64,000 nucleotides of DNA, taken from NCBI GenBank assembly GCA_963765205.1, contig CAVXVB010000007.1:96001-160000 (forward strand), written 5' to 3'. How positions within the stretch are numbered: position 1 is the stretch's first letter; every line of letters begins with the position of its first letter. This document shows, one piece after another, positions 49,848-61,137 of this stretch. The translations under genes were made by a program, and so were the position numbers. The notes under the pieces are model-generated. The model made no database searches. It was given only the letters and a program-made list of their open reading frames with translations, and was not told where the DNA came from. The DNA is from an uncultured Verrucomicrobiae bacterium. GTDB taxonomy: Bacteria; Verrucomicrobiota; Verrucomicrobiia; Opitutales; JABDGR01.

Positions 49848-52407
49848 TTACGGCGAGTAATTGCCGAACATTTTGATTTCGGCGATGGCGGCGGGCTGGC
49901 CGGGGGGCAGGCCGGTAAAGGTTACGCGGACAAACTGGGAATGGTCGTTTTTGGCGCAAGCGTCGGTGCGGACCGGGCCGGTGCCGGTGGATTGGGACTG
50001 ATTGGCGAGCAAGGTCCAGGCGGCGCCGTCGGGGGAGCCTTCGATTTTGTATTGAAAGGGGCCGGCGCCGGTGAAGGTCGTTTCGATGGAGGTGAGGTTG
50101 TAGGGATGCTCCAAATCCACCTGCAGCCAGGCGCCGGACTGTGGGTTGGACGCGGACCAAAAAGTGGCGGGGTTGCCATCCACGGCGGCGGCCGCGGTGT
50201 GGCCCGGGGCTTCACTGCTGGCGCTGGTGGGGCGGTTGAGGGCGATGTTCTGGATATCCGTGGCTGCGGCGCCGGGCTTGACGTAGCGGACGTAGGGGCG
50301 GTCGGGCGCGAGCGGCGTTTGCCCGGCGACGAAGGCCGGCTCGCCTTCGGTCGTGATGGTGATGGTGGCATCGGTCAGGCCGGGCGAGGTTGCCCGAATC
50401 ACCGACTGGCCACCGTCATAGGAGCGGAACTCGATGGCGGCCTGGCCGTCGCGGATGGCGATGTCGGATTGCGGATCAAAGGTGATCGAGCGCCCGGTGG
50501 GGAATTCGCCCGGCCCGGATTCGATGGTGAAGGTCACCGGGGGTGAATTGCTGAGAGGCTGGCCGGCGCGGTCCTCGACGGTGACGAGCAACTGGCAATC
50601 GTCGGTCGCATTGGTGCCATGAATGACGGTCTTATCCGCCGTCAACGCCAACTGGGCGGGGAGGCCGGGCTGGGGCCAGGCGGGCGGCGGGATATGGGCA
50701 TACTCGTTGCGATACCAATACCAGGAGCGCTTCGGGATGCGGAAATAATCCACGAGTCCCTTCGAGCCCGCGGCCGGCCCGACGATGGTGCCATAATCGA
50801 AGCCGCACCAGACGACCTGCCCGCTGCGCCAGGGAAATTCCGGCGTGTCAAAGTTCAATTGATCGGAGGGTTTGAACTGGCCGTTGTAATTGCCGGGACG
50901 GGTGGAGGTGACGCTGCCGTATTCGGTCACGGCGTTGGGGATGCCGGGGTTGATGAAGAGGCGCGCGCCGTCGCCGTTATAGCCTGCGACATCGCCGAGT
51001 TTGTCCACGCCGCCGCGTTGCGCCCCGCCGATGGCGGCGGGCCGCGTGGGGTCGAGCTGATGGGTGAGATTAACCAGCTTGGTGAGCAGGCCCCGGACTT
51101 GGTCCAAATTGGCGGAAAAGAAAACCTCGTTGCACATGCTCCAGGCGATGATGGAAGGATGGTTGCGGAAGATGCGGATTTCGTCGCGGAGGGTGGCGAG
51201 GGCGTTTTGTTCAAAGGCGGGCTGGTCGGCGGGGTTGGGCGGGTAGGCATTGGCGGTCCAGTTACCCTCCTGATGGGCACCGCCGAGGCCCCAGAAACAA
51301 TTTTCCGACCAGAAGAGGACGCCCAACTGGTCGCAGGCGTCGGCAAAGGCGGGCTGGTGGGGGTAATGGGAGCCGCGAATAAAATCCAGGCCGGCGTCCT
51401 TCATCAATTTCACATCGCGATACGAGCCATATTCCGTGACGGCATCGGCCCAGCCGGCATGGTCCTGATGCACGTCAGCGCCGTGAAAATAGTAGTGACC
51501 GCCATTGATAAAGAGGCCCTGGTCGGCGGTCCATTGGATGGAACGGATTCCGAAAGTGGTTTGGTAATCATCCACCGGTTGGGCGACGTCGGAGACGGTG
51601 GTTCGGGCGGTGTAGAGAAAGGGGTGGTCGGGATGCCAGAGTTTGGGTGCGGCGATGGCGGGGCTGGTTTGGTCGAAAGTCACAGTGGCCCCGGCGGCGA
51701 TGATTTGCGTGGAGGTGAGATGGGCGACGGGTTGGCCGGCGGGGTCGAGCAGGTCGGTGGTGACGACGCAGTTTTTGGGCACGGGGTATTGGTTTTGCAT
51801 TTCGGTTTTGACGTTGACGGTGGCGGCTTCCGCGGAGACGTTCGGGGTCGTGACGAAGGTTCCATACCAGGTGACGTGGAGCGGGTCGGTGACGACGAGA
51901 GACACGTCGCGATAAATACCGCCGATGAAATTAAAGTCGCCGGCGCGGGGCTCGATTTGGGCGTTCCAGTTGTTGTTGAGGCGGACGGCGAGCAGGTTGT
52001 CGCCGGGGTGGATGGCGGCGGTGATGTCCAGCGAGAAGCCGGTGTAGCCGCCTTGATGCCCGCCGATGAGGTGGCCGTTGACAAAGACCTGGGCGTCCTG
52101 AAAAGCGCCGGCGAATTCGCAGAAAGACGCGCTGGGCGGCCCACTCGGGTTTGAGGTCCAAATGTTTGCGATACCAGCCATAGCCGACGTAAAAATCCTT
52201 GCCCTGAAAATAGGGAGTGCTGAAGGAGTGGGGCAGGCCGATGGCGTCCCAGGCGGAGTCGTCAAATTTGGGCGCTTCGGCGCCGGGAAAATCGCCCAAT
52301 TTGAATCTCCAGTCGCGGTTAATATTGAGATTTTGCCGCAGGGGCGCGGCGGCGGCGAGCGGGCCGGCCAGCAAGAGCAAGCCGAGGGCGGCGAACAAGT
52401 ATTTCAT
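49848..52407 (-). CDS. GH2 glycoside hydrolase with C-terminal F5/8 (CBM32-like) domain, frameshifted near 52120
   Basis: Signal peptide, GWYRKH / EFAGAFQ join, IRGSHYP, NHPSIIAWSMCNE, NIALNRP..AVDGN. Confidence 0.88.
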
Positions 52408-52591
52408 AAAAGTCCGGGGGTGGGCCGAAACTAGCGGGCCGTGGCAGCTATTGGCGACGAAAATACCAACAGAAATAAAATCCAGGCTGGCGGCGGGGGG
52501 CGCGGACGAGGAGCCATGACGACTCGGATAAACAGCAAGGGCGTGCATCCGCCGATGCGGAAGCACGCCCTTGGAGGAAAAACCCGGGAAA

Positions 52592-53278
52592 TTAATTCCC
52601 GCCATTCTTGGTGTAGGTCGCCTTGGCGTTCATGGGGTCTTCAGCCGCCCGGCCAATCGGCTTGTCGTTATAAGTCGCGCTGACGTAATAACCCCAGAGT
52701 TGCACCACGGTGCTCGAGGAGGAACCCCCGCCGCCGCCGCCGCCACCTTTTTTGCCCCCGCCGCCGCCGCCCATGGTGGATGAGATGTTTGACTCGGTGG
52801 TGACGGGGTCGGAAATTACCAAGGTGGTTTTGCCCGCGTCAAGGTCCACGGTTTGCGAACCGGACAGGGACGACCAGGCGATGCTGGCGCCGCCCGAGGC
52901 GGCCGTGCTGGTTTTGACGTAAACGTTCCAATTGACGACGAGGCCGGTGGCCGGGCCGCCCAAATTACGCACGGTGACTTCAATCCAGGATTTGCCCTTG
53001 GCGTCGGAGGACACGGTGTTGCCGCCACCACCCTTGCCACCACCGCCGCCACCACCACCGCCCTTGCCACCCTTGCCTTGTTGCGCGGCCTGGGCGGTCA
53101 CCGCCACGGCGTAGTCGCCCTGGTTGCGTTTCACGGAGAGAGAAATCAGCGGCGGCTTGGCGGGCGCGTTTTGCGCGTCGAGGGTAGCGCCGGAGTTGAA
53201 CCAAAGCGCGGCGGCGAAAAGAACGCCGCCGGTGGTGAGTAAGGAAGCAAAGGATAGGGAGCGCAGGGGTGTGTTCAT
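52592..53278 (-). CDS. Secreted protein, 'WxEIxVRNxG / GWYIE' paralog family
   Basis: Signal peptide, WIEVTVRNLG..GLVVNWNVY, LWGYYV; Gly-rich loops. Confidence 0.65.
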   Translation of the reverse strand: MNTPLRSLSFASLLTTGGVLFAAALWFNSGATLDAQNAPAKPPLISLSVKRNQGDYAVAVTAQAAQQGKGGKGGGGGGGGGKGGGGNTVSSDAKGKSWIEVTVRNLGGPATGLVVNWNVYVKTSTAASGGASIAWSSLSGSQTVDLDAGKTTLVISDPVTTESNISSTMGGGGGGKKGGGGGGGGSSSSTVVQLWGYYVSATYNDKPIGRAAEDPMNAKATYTKNGGN

Positions 53279-53407
53279 GGCAACAGGGTATAAACCAGCG
53301 GGGAGTTGATAGGTTGCAGAAATTCTCCAACGTTAACTTCGTGTTAAAGTTAAGCGATTTTTGGGCCAAAAATCAACCTTATTACGAAAAAACCGACTGG
53401 GCCATCC

Positions 53408-54097
53408 TCATTGATTGCCGTTCTGACTTTGCAGGCTTTCGAACATTTGGACGATGCCGGTGGGATTTTCGATGGCTTTGATCGGTTTGTTCGGGTCGGT
53501 GGTGACCGCCTCGATATACCAGCCGGCAATGTCCGTCACCGTCGAGGAAGTGACGGCGGAGGATTTGGCGCCTTTTTTCGCGGTGGTCTGGGTGCCGCCG
53601 CCATTACCGCGATTGCCGGAGGTCGGCAGCCCGCTGCTAATCTGTTTGGTGATGGGCGGGGTTTTCACGACGACACTTTTCTCGAACGGGATGTCCACAT
53701 TTTGCGTGCCCGAGTCATCCTTCATGGTCACGGTCGCGGTCTTGCCCTCGGTGGAAGTCTTGGAAAAGACGTGGTAATTGACGGTCAGGCCGGTAATGCC
53801 ACCATCGCCGACATTGCTGACGGTGATTTCGAGCCAGGTTTGCTCGCTGGTGGGGGAGGGGGCGTAGGTGCTGCCCGCAGCGCCTTTGCCGACCGGGAGG
53901 GCAGGGCCAGTCGAGGTGGCGGTCGGGAGAGGGCCAAACTTCTGAACGGCCTTGATGACGACCAAGGGGGGTGCGCTAAAGGACGCCGGCGCGGCGCGCG
54001 TGCGGTTGGGAATCAAGCAAAAGACGGTGGCCGCGGCGGCCAAACCGCTGATGGCCAGGAGGGAAACCAGTCGAAAGGAATGAAAGGGGGAGTGCAT
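53408..54097 (-). CDS. Secreted paralog of the same family
   Basis: WLEITVSNVGDGGITGLTVNYHVF..DIAGWYIE. Confidence 0.65.
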   Translation of the reverse strand: MHSPFHSFRLVSLLAISGLAAAATVFCLIPNRTRAAPASFSAPPLVVIKAVQKFGPLPTATSTGPALPVGKGAAGSTYAPSPTSEQTWLEITVSNVGDGGITGLTVNYHVFSKTSTEGKTATVTMKDDSGTQNVDIPFEKSVVVKTPPITKQISSGLPTSGNRGNGGGTQTTAKKGAKSSAVTSSTVTDIAGWYIEAVTTDPNKPIKAIENPTGIVQMFESLQSQNGNQ

Positions 54098-54285
54098 GTC
54101 AAGGGGCGGAGACGGCCAAGCCCACGGCCAAACTAGGCGCACTATGGCATATTTTTTCCGTCAAACAAAACTTTTTTTAGGGGCACCCCGCCCCGACCCG
54201 TAAAATAGGCTTGCCTCTTCCGCCCGGCCCTCTACCTTGGTTAGCTTTTTCCCATCACTGCGACCATTCCGCGTCTTCCCACTCC

Positions 54286-54672
54286 ATGCCTACCATCAAC
54301 CAGCTCGTCCGGCACCCCCGACGCGCGCCGCGCTTCAAGTCCAAGGCTCCCGCCCTGGCGGGTAATCCGTTCAAGCGCGGCGTGTGCGTGCAGGTCATGA
54401 CCCGCACGCCCAAGAAACCGAATTCCGCCATCCGCAAAGTCGCCAAGGTGCGCCTGACCAACGGCTATGAAGTCATCGCCTACATACCGGACGAGGGCCA
54501 CAACCTGCAGGAGCACAGCGTGGTGCTGGTGCGCGGCGGGCGCGTGAAGGATCTGCCGGGCGTGCGGTATCATATTGTGCGCGGGCCGCTGGACTGCGTG
54601 GGCGTGGAAAAGCGCCGCCGCAGCCGCTCGAAATACGGCGTCAAGCGCCCCAAGGAAAAAAAGGCGGCGTAA
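54286..54672 (+). CDS. rpsL: 30S ribosomal protein S12
   Basis: [28 protein letters not shown]. Confidence 0.98.
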   Translation: MPTINQLVRHPRRAPRFKSKAPALAGNPFKRGVCVQVMTRTPKKPNSAIRKVAKVRLTNGYEVIAYIPDEGHNLQEHSVVLVRGGRVKDLPGVRYHIVRGPLDCVGVEKRRRSRSKYGVKRPKEKKAA

Positions 54673-54790
54673 TTGCCGAAGGGGCAGAGGGACAAAGGGA
54701 CTGAGGCCAAACCTTTTTTTCTTCTTTTGCCGGAATTATATTTTTCAAACCAAGCACTAGAGCACCAAGCACTAAAACACTTTACCTCCC

Positions 54791-55264
54791 ATGTCCCGCC
54801 GCCGCCGAGCCGTCAAACGAGAACGCGCCATTGACCCGCGCTATAACAGCCCGTTGGTCACCCACCTCGTGAGCACCATCATGCGCGAGGGCAAGAAGAC
54901 CGTCGCCCAACGCATCGTCTATGGCGCGTTCGAGAAGGTCAGCGAGAAGCTCGAAAAGGGCGACCCGGTGGATTTGCTGCTGGGCGCGCTGGAAAACTGC
55001 CGGCCGAAGCTCGAGGTGAAGAGCCGCCGCGTCGGCGGCGCGACCTACCAGGTGCCCGTTGAAATCACCTTTGAGCGCCAGCAGAGCCTGGCGTTCCGCT
55101 GGCTGGTCGAGGCGGCCCTGGGCCGCAAGGGGCTGCCGATGCGCGAGGCGCTGGCCGCGGAAATCGTGGACGCCTACAACAACACCGGCACGGTGGTGAA
55201 GCGCCGCGAGGACGCGCACCGCATGGCCCAGGCCAACCGCGCCTTCGCGCATTTGCGCTGGTAG
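54791..55264 (+). CDS. rpsG: 30S ribosomal protein S7
   Basis: EVKSRRVGGATYQVP, HRMAQANRAFAH. Confidence 0.98.
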   Translation: MSRRRRAVKRERAIDPRYNSPLVTHLVSTIMREGKKTVAQRIVYGAFEKVSEKLEKGDPVDLLLGALENCRPKLEVKSRRVGGATYQVPVEITFERQQSLAFRWLVEAALGRKGLPMREALAAEIVDAYNNTGTVVKRREDAHRMAQANRAFAHLRW

Positions 55265-55421
55265 TTTATATTTTTAGACGGAATTTACAGAATTAACAGA
55301 ATTAGCGAAGAGAAAACGCCCCTCGGGCCACGCTGTTGATTTTATTAATTCTATCCGAAGATTTCCCCTTAATTTTGTAAATGCTGTTCATTCTTTCCCA
55401 AAATCTTTCCCCGTTTAAGTC

Positions 55422-57590
55422 ATGAGTGCCACCGACGCCCTGCCCGCCCTATCGCCCGCCAATTCGCCGAACCGCCGCTTTCCGCTGGAATACACGCGGA
55501 ACATCGGCATCGCCGCGCACATTGACGCGGGCAAGACGACCACCACCGAGCGCGTGCTTTTCTACGCGGGCGTCATCCACAAAATGGGCGACGTGGACGA
55601 GGGCAACACGACGACGGACTGGATGGAGCAGGAGCGCGAGCGCGGCATCACCATCACCGCCGCCGCCATCTCCGCGGGCTGGACGACCAAGGAAGGCCGC
55701 TGGGCGAAAATCCCCCACGCCATCAACATCATTGACACGCCGGGCCACGTGGACTTCACCGCCGAGGTCGAGCGTTCCTTGCGCGTGCTCGACGGCGCCA
55801 TCGCCGTTTTTTGCGCGGTAGCGGGCGTGCAGCCGCAGTCGGAAACCGTCTGGCGGCAGATGAACAAATACAAGGTGTGCCGCATCGCCTATGTCAATAA
55901 AATGGACCGCACGGGCGCGAACTTTTTCAAGGCGCTGGACGACATCCGCACCAAGCTCCGCGGCAACGCCCACCCGATCTTCATTCCCTATGGCGCGGGT
56001 GAGACCTTCACCGGCATCATTGACTTGGTAAAAATGGTCCTCTGCGAATACGACCCGACCGACCCGAGCGGCGTGCGCTTCCACGAAAAAGAAATCCCCG
56101 CCACCCACCTGGCCGATGCGAAACTCTGGCGCGACAAGCTCATCGAAGCCCTCGCCGACTTCGACGACGGCGTCGCGGAAAAATTCCTCGATGGCCAGGA
56201 AGTCAGCATTGACGAAATTCGCGCGGCTATCCGCAAGGCCACGCTGACCCAGGAATTTGTCGCCGTCATCCCCGGCAGCGCGCTCAAGAACAAGGGCGTG
56301 CAAATGGTGCTCGATGGCGTGGTCAATTACCTGCCCAACCCGCTCGAAGCGCGCCCGATGACCGCGCACCGGGACGACGAAACCACCACCGAGATCGTCC
56401 CTGACGACAAGCACAAGCCGATTGGCCTGGTCTTCAAACTCTGGACCGACCAGTTCGTCGGCCGGCTCGTCTTTTTCCGCCTCTATTCCGGGACCCTCAA
56501 AAAAGGCGACACCCTCTACAACCCGCGCACGCGGCGCTCGGAGCGCATCTCGCGCCTGTTGTTTTTGAAGGCCGATGAGCGGGTGGACGTGGACGCGATT
56601 TATTCCGGCGACATTTGCGCCATCGTCGGCGCGAAAGACGTGGTCACCGGCGACACGCTGTGCGACGAGGACCTCGAGCTGCGCCTGGAGCCGCCGACAT
56701 TCCCCGAGCCGGTCATCTCAATGTCCATCGAGCCGAAGACGAAGGCCGACCAGGAAAAACTCTCGATTGGGCTGCAACGCCTGGCCGAGGAAGACCCGAC
56801 CTTCAAGCTCTCCTCGAATTCCGAAACCGGCCAGACCATCATCGCCGGCATGGGCGAGCTGCATTTGGAAATCATCCGCGACCGCCTGTTCCGCGAGTTC
56901 AAGGTCGAGGCCGACGCCGGCCGCCCGCAAATCGCCTATCGCGAAACCATCACCGCGCATTCGGAGGGCGTGGGCAAGTTCATCCGCCAGTCCGGCGGCC
57001 GCGGCCAATACGGCCACGTCGAGATCAAGCTCCAGCCGAATGTCAAAGGCAAGGGCGTGGAAGTCATCAACGACATCGTGGGCGGCGTGATTCCGAAGGA
57101 ATTCATCAAGCCCAGCATCGAAGGCATCGAGGAAGCCGCCAAGAACGGCACCATCGCGGGCTATCCGGTGATTGATTTCATCGCGACCATCGTCTTCGGC
57201 TCGTTCCACGAAGTGGACTCGAACGAAATGGCGTTCAAGATGGCCGGCATCTTTGCGTTCAAGGACGCCATGCAGCAGGCCAAGCCGATTTTCCTCGAGC
57301 CGATCATGAAGGTCGAAGTCGTCACGCCCAGCCAGTATCAGGGGGACGTCGTCGGCGACCTCAACCGGCGCCGCGGGCAAATCCAGGGCATGGAAACCAA
57401 GAACGACCTGGTCTATATCAACGCCAACGTGCCGCTCGAAACCATGTTCGGCTACGCGACGGACGTGCGCTCCCTGTCGAAGGGGCGCGCCTCGTACACC
57501 ATGGAACCCTCGCATTTCGAGCAGGTGCCCAACAGCCTGCTGACGAAGATCGTGGACTCGTCCACGCGCAAAGTCGCGCGCACGATTTGA
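55422..57590 (+). CDS. fusA: Elongation factor G
   Basis: AHIDAGKTT, RGITI, DTPGHVDF, NKMD, GMGELHL, QSGGRGQYGHV. Confidence 0.98.
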   Translation: MSATDALPALSPANSPNRRFPLEYTRNIGIAAHIDAGKTTTTERVLFYAGVIHKMGDVDEGNTTTDWMEQERERGITITAAAISAGWTTKEGRWAKIPHAINIIDTPGHVDFTAEVERSLRVLDGAIAVFCAVAGVQPQSETVWRQMNKYKVCRIAYVNKMDRTGANFFKALDDIRTKLRGNAHPIFIPYGAGETFTGIIDLVKMVLCEYDPTDPSGVRFHEKEIPATHLADAKLWRDKLIEALADFDDGVAEKFLDGQEVSIDEIRAAIRKATLTQEFVAVIPGSALKNKGVQMVLDGVVNYLPNPLEARPMTAHRDDETTTEIVPDDKHKPIGLVFKLWTDQFVGRLVFFRLYSGTLKKGDTLYNPRTRRSERISRLLFLKADERVDVDAIYSGDICAIVGAKDVVTGDTLCDEDLELRLEPPTFPEPVISMSIEPKTKADQEKLSIGLQRLAEEDPTFKLSSNSETGQTIIAGMGELHLEIIRDRLFREFKVEADAGRPQIAYRETITAHSEGVGKFIRQSGGRGQYGHVEIKLQPNVKGKGVEVINDIVGGVIPKEFIKPSIEGIEEAAKNGTIAGYPVIDFIATIVFGSFHEVDSNEMAFKMAGIFAFKDAMQQAKPIFLEPIMKVEVVTPSQYQGDVVGDLNRRRGQIQGMETKNDLVYINANVPLETMFGYATDVRSLSKGRASYTMEPSHFEQVPNSLLTKIVDSSTRKVARTI

Positions 57591-57680
57591 GGTATGAATT
57601 AAGATTTATGATTTATGAAGTCCTGAATGCTGGGTTCTGAATGCTGAATCCCCAATACCGCACCCGGCTTTCGTTTTTTC

Positions 57681-57785
57681 ATCTCAAATCCGAAATCCCA
57701 AATCTGAAATTTCAAATTCTGCATTTTGCGTTTTACATTCTGCATTTCACCCTCTACCCTCCACTCTCCAACTTCTTAATTCCTT
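57681..57785 (+). repeat. 15-unit drifting heptamer array between fusA and rpsJ
   Basis: atctcaa atccgaa atcccaa atctgaa atttcaa attctgc ... cctccac in unbroken register. Confidence 0.85.
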
Positions 57786-57905
57786 CCGGCTTCCCCGTTC
57801 TTTCCCAGTTTGATGCCATCCGGTTTGGGCGCCCGCCGCGACCCAACCCAGAACGCTGGCGCATTTCCCAACTCGAAACCCAAAACCCGAAACTAATTTC
57901 CTCCC

Positions 57906-58214
57906 ATGGCCAGCCAACGCATCCGCATCAAACTCAAAGGCTTCGACTACCGCATCATTGACCAGTCGGCCGTTGACATCGTGGAAACCGCCAAGCGCTC
58001 CGGCGCCCGCGTCGCCGGCCCCGTGCCGCTGCCGGTGCGCATCGAGAAACTCTCCGTCAACCGCTCCCCGCATGTGGACAAGAAGTCCATGGAGCAATTT
58101 GAATTGCGCACGCACAAGCGCATCATTGACATCGTGGAACCCACGGCCCAAACCGTGGACGAACTGAAAAAACTGAACCTCCCCGCCGGCGTGGATATTC
58201 AGATTACGGTGTAG
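57906..58214 (+). CDS. rpsJ: 30S ribosomal protein S10
   Basis: [30 protein letters not shown]. Confidence 0.98.
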   Translation: MASQRIRIKLKGFDYRIIDQSAVDIVETAKRSGARVAGPVPLPVRIEKLSVNRSPHVDKKSMEQFELRTHKRIIDIVEPTAQTVDELKKLNLPAGVDIQITV

Positions 58215-58357
58215 GCGGCGGCTTCAATCTTCATTCCGCAGTTCAATTTGACCACGGATGCCACGGATAACACGGATGTAAGGACAGGGATGGCTATTTA
58301 TGGCAATACCCATTTACCCCATGGGTCAGCAGTCGAAATTCTTCACGCTCAGGTCTA

Positions 58358-59355
58358 TAGCATTTTAAATAAAACTATAACCACAATGGGCAAACCAATG
58401 AGTGGCGTCCTGTCCGGTGACGCTGCCTAGGGCGGTGGCGATGGCGGCGAGCAAGTCTGCCTGGGTGCGTGCTTCGAGAGCCCGCAACCGGGCTTTGACT
58501 TTGCTCCGCATCAGTTCGATCGGATTGAGGTCGGGTGAGTAGGCGGGCAGGAATCGCACTTGCGCTCCGGCTGCTTCGATCAGCGCGAGGGTTTGCGGGT
58601 TTTTATGCGGGGCAAGGTTGTCCATGGCCACAATGTCCCCGGGCCGCAAGGTTGGGCAGAGCACCTCGCGCACATAGGCCCGGAAGACTTCCGTATCGGT
58701 GGCCGCTTCGACGGTTAGACAGGCCGTCGTGCCGTCCCTGCGAATGGAGGAGATCATGGTCGTGGTGCACCAGTGCCCCTGGGGGCGTTGGGCCAGCAGA
58801 CGTTGCGCCCGGGGCGCGCGCCCATATAAACGGGTCATGTTCGTCTTGGCCGCCGATTCATCAAGGAAGACCAGCCGCGCGGGATCCAGTCCGGCCTGCC
58901 CGCGCACCCACCGCCGCCGTGCCCGGACGATGTCGGGCCGCCCTTGCTCGGCGGCGCGCAGCGTTTTTTAAAGGTCAGGCCCAGCTGGGCCAAAACGTAA
59001 TGAATGGCCGGCAGCGTGCACTTTAAACCCAAGGCCGCGCGCATCTGTTCCAGCGTAAGGTCGGGCTTGGACTGCACCAGCCGGCGCAACTTCTCTCCAA
59101 ACTGGGGCAGCAGCCACGCCTTGCGTCCCGCGAAGTGGTGCCGGGGCGCGATATCACCCTTATGCCGGCGCTGCTGCAGCAGCTTTTTGACCATGCCGAG
59201 CGACACCCTAAACCGGTGCGCGATTTCCTCCCTTGTTCCCTCCTGCCGATCATAGGCCGCCACAATACGTTCCCGCAAGTCCAAGGATAGAGTTTTCATT
59301 CCCCCTACAGTAGCACAACTCATGCCAGGCGGCTACATAATTATTTAAAATGCTC
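58358..59355 (-). mobile_element. IS630-family element, apparently complete
   Basis: TA-flanked (G/T)AGCATTTTAAATAA inverted ends; orfA from 59299, TTTAAAAAA slip site, orfB FLDES/DNLAPH/YSPDLNPIE. Confidence 0.92.
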
Positions 59356-59467
59356 TATCCGTGTTATCTGTGAAATCCGTGGTTTCAACAGCGGTTTTGG
59401 GGATTAAACCGGATTGCGAGAATCCCCGTCAATGCCAGGCACGCTGAGTAAACTTGGGGGAGAAAAA

Positions 59468-60751
59468 ATGAAACTCCCTGTGAAGAAATGGGGTTATACG
59501 GAGATCCCCGTGTTTTTGCCCCGAAATTTTGCCTGCGGCGCAGTGGTTGCGGCGTTGCTGGCTGGCTTGATCGCTTCCGTGACCTCGGCTGCGGATGGGG
59601 CGCCAAGCTCGGCTGCGACAGGCTCCGCCCCGGCGGCAACCGCGCCCGCACTGCCGCCTCTCCCACCCCCGCCGCCGATGTCACCCCCCGCGTTTGGAGC
59701 GGTTCCGAAGGTTCCACCGGCTCCGCTCCCGGAAGCTTTGGCCGCCGCCATCGCGGAAGCCAAACGGAAAGCCCTTAGCGGCGAAGACACGGCGACGACC
59801 CGGTTGCAGGCACTGGCCACGGACTTGGACACGGCCCTTGCCGCGCTTAAACAGTTACCTCCCGATTCGACGAAATATTTTGCCCCGACCCTGGGATCCC
59901 TCTTGCAGGCCCAAACGGCAGTGTCGCACGGCCTCGACTACGTCAAAGCCCACCCCGAGGATAATTCGCTGGCCTCGCGCGTCCGCGAGCTCAACTATTA
60001 TGGCGCGTATGATGGCGCGTCCGGGGGGTCATGGGGGGCGGGGGGATGGGCTCCGCCCGGTTCGGCTCCTCTTGTTATAACTGGCGGCAAAAATTTGGCC
60101 ACGGTAGAAAAATCGTTAAGGGCTGGGTATGACGTATTTATTGGCTTTCCCCAGCAGGGGCGCCCCATCATCGGGGAAATCGGTGGAAACCGCGACCTCA
60201 TCATGCGCGCGGTGGTCGTGGCGAATATGGATTTGGTGGCAAATAATGTAGACTTAGGCTATGCCACCAGAGGGTCACGGGCGACCGCATTGGCGCCAGC
60301 AAGCGCAACAACGACCGTGTCGGCCGCGACCGCCACCCGCGGGTTACCGCCCGCGGCATCGGCGTCCTCGAGTCAAAAAATCACCTTGGCGGCCCTGGCG
60401 AAGGGCTTGGGCGATCCTGACCATACGGGCTCTATTGCCGGCACCGCGGAGCCGACGGATCCCGTACTTTTCGTCTATGCCTTGGTCTGTGTCACAGCGC
60501 TGGAGAATTCGATGGACCCTTCCTTGACCGGTCGCGGCGGTATCTTTGCCAACGTGCCGGCGACCTACGCCGATGATAAGGGAAACTTTGTGATTAAGAA
60601 TCTGCCGCCGGGCTTTTATGTAATTACGGCGACCGGCGGCTCGATGACCGGAAGCGCCAATCACGTCGTGGTCGAGGTCAAGGAAGGGGCCGAAACTAAA
60701 TTGCCTGCACCGCTCAAATATACTTTCGAGCGTCCCATGGTGGGCGGCTGA
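59468..60751 (+). CDS. Secreted hypothetical protein with C-terminal carboxypeptidase-regulatory-like domain
   Basis: Signal-like N-terminus; GSIAGT..ADDKGNFVIKNLPPGFYVITA. Confidence 0.65.
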   Translation: MKLPVKKWGYTEIPVFLPRNFACGAVVAALLAGLIASVTSAADGAPSSAATGSAPAATAPALPPLPPPPPMSPPAFGAVPKVPPAPLPEALAAAIAEAKRKALSGEDTATTRLQALATDLDTALAALKQLPPDSTKYFAPTLGSLLQAQTAVSHGLDYVKAHPEDNSLASRVRELNYYGAYDGASGGSWGAGGWAPPGSAPLVITGGKNLATVEKSLRAGYDVFIGFPQQGRPIIGEIGGNRDLIMRAVVVANMDLVANNVDLGYATRGSRATALAPASATTTVSAATATRGLPPAASASSSQKITLAALAKGLGDPDHTGSIAGTAEPTDPVLFVYALVCVTALENSMDPSLTGRGGIFANVPATYADDKGNFVIKNLPPGFYVITATGGSMTGSANHVVVEVKEGAETKLPAPLKYTFERPMVGG

Positions 60752-61137
60752 TTGTCGCCAACGGGCGGAATCCGCAGCGCGAGAGCAGGTCCATTTTTTT
60801 GTGCTTTGAAGAAAACAGGCGGTTTCTTGATTCCAAGCCGGGGTCGTCGGCAAGCGACGCCCTTACAGTGCCGCGCAGGCGATTGTGGGCTGCGTGGGAG
60901 GGGAAGGGCGCGCCATGCGCCCGGACAAATCATTTACAAATAAACGGCCAACTTATACCTTGCAAAAATTGGGTAATGAACGATAGTTAGCCCCATCCTT
61001 TCCCATGACCTGCCGTGGGCTTTGAGCGGCCAAAGAGCGTGGCCAGTCCAAAAGTGCTGCCTACCCCCGGATGCGCCATCATGATGGACATGATTCGTGC
61101 AACTTATAGCCCCCCCTTCATGTTTAACCCCCATACC

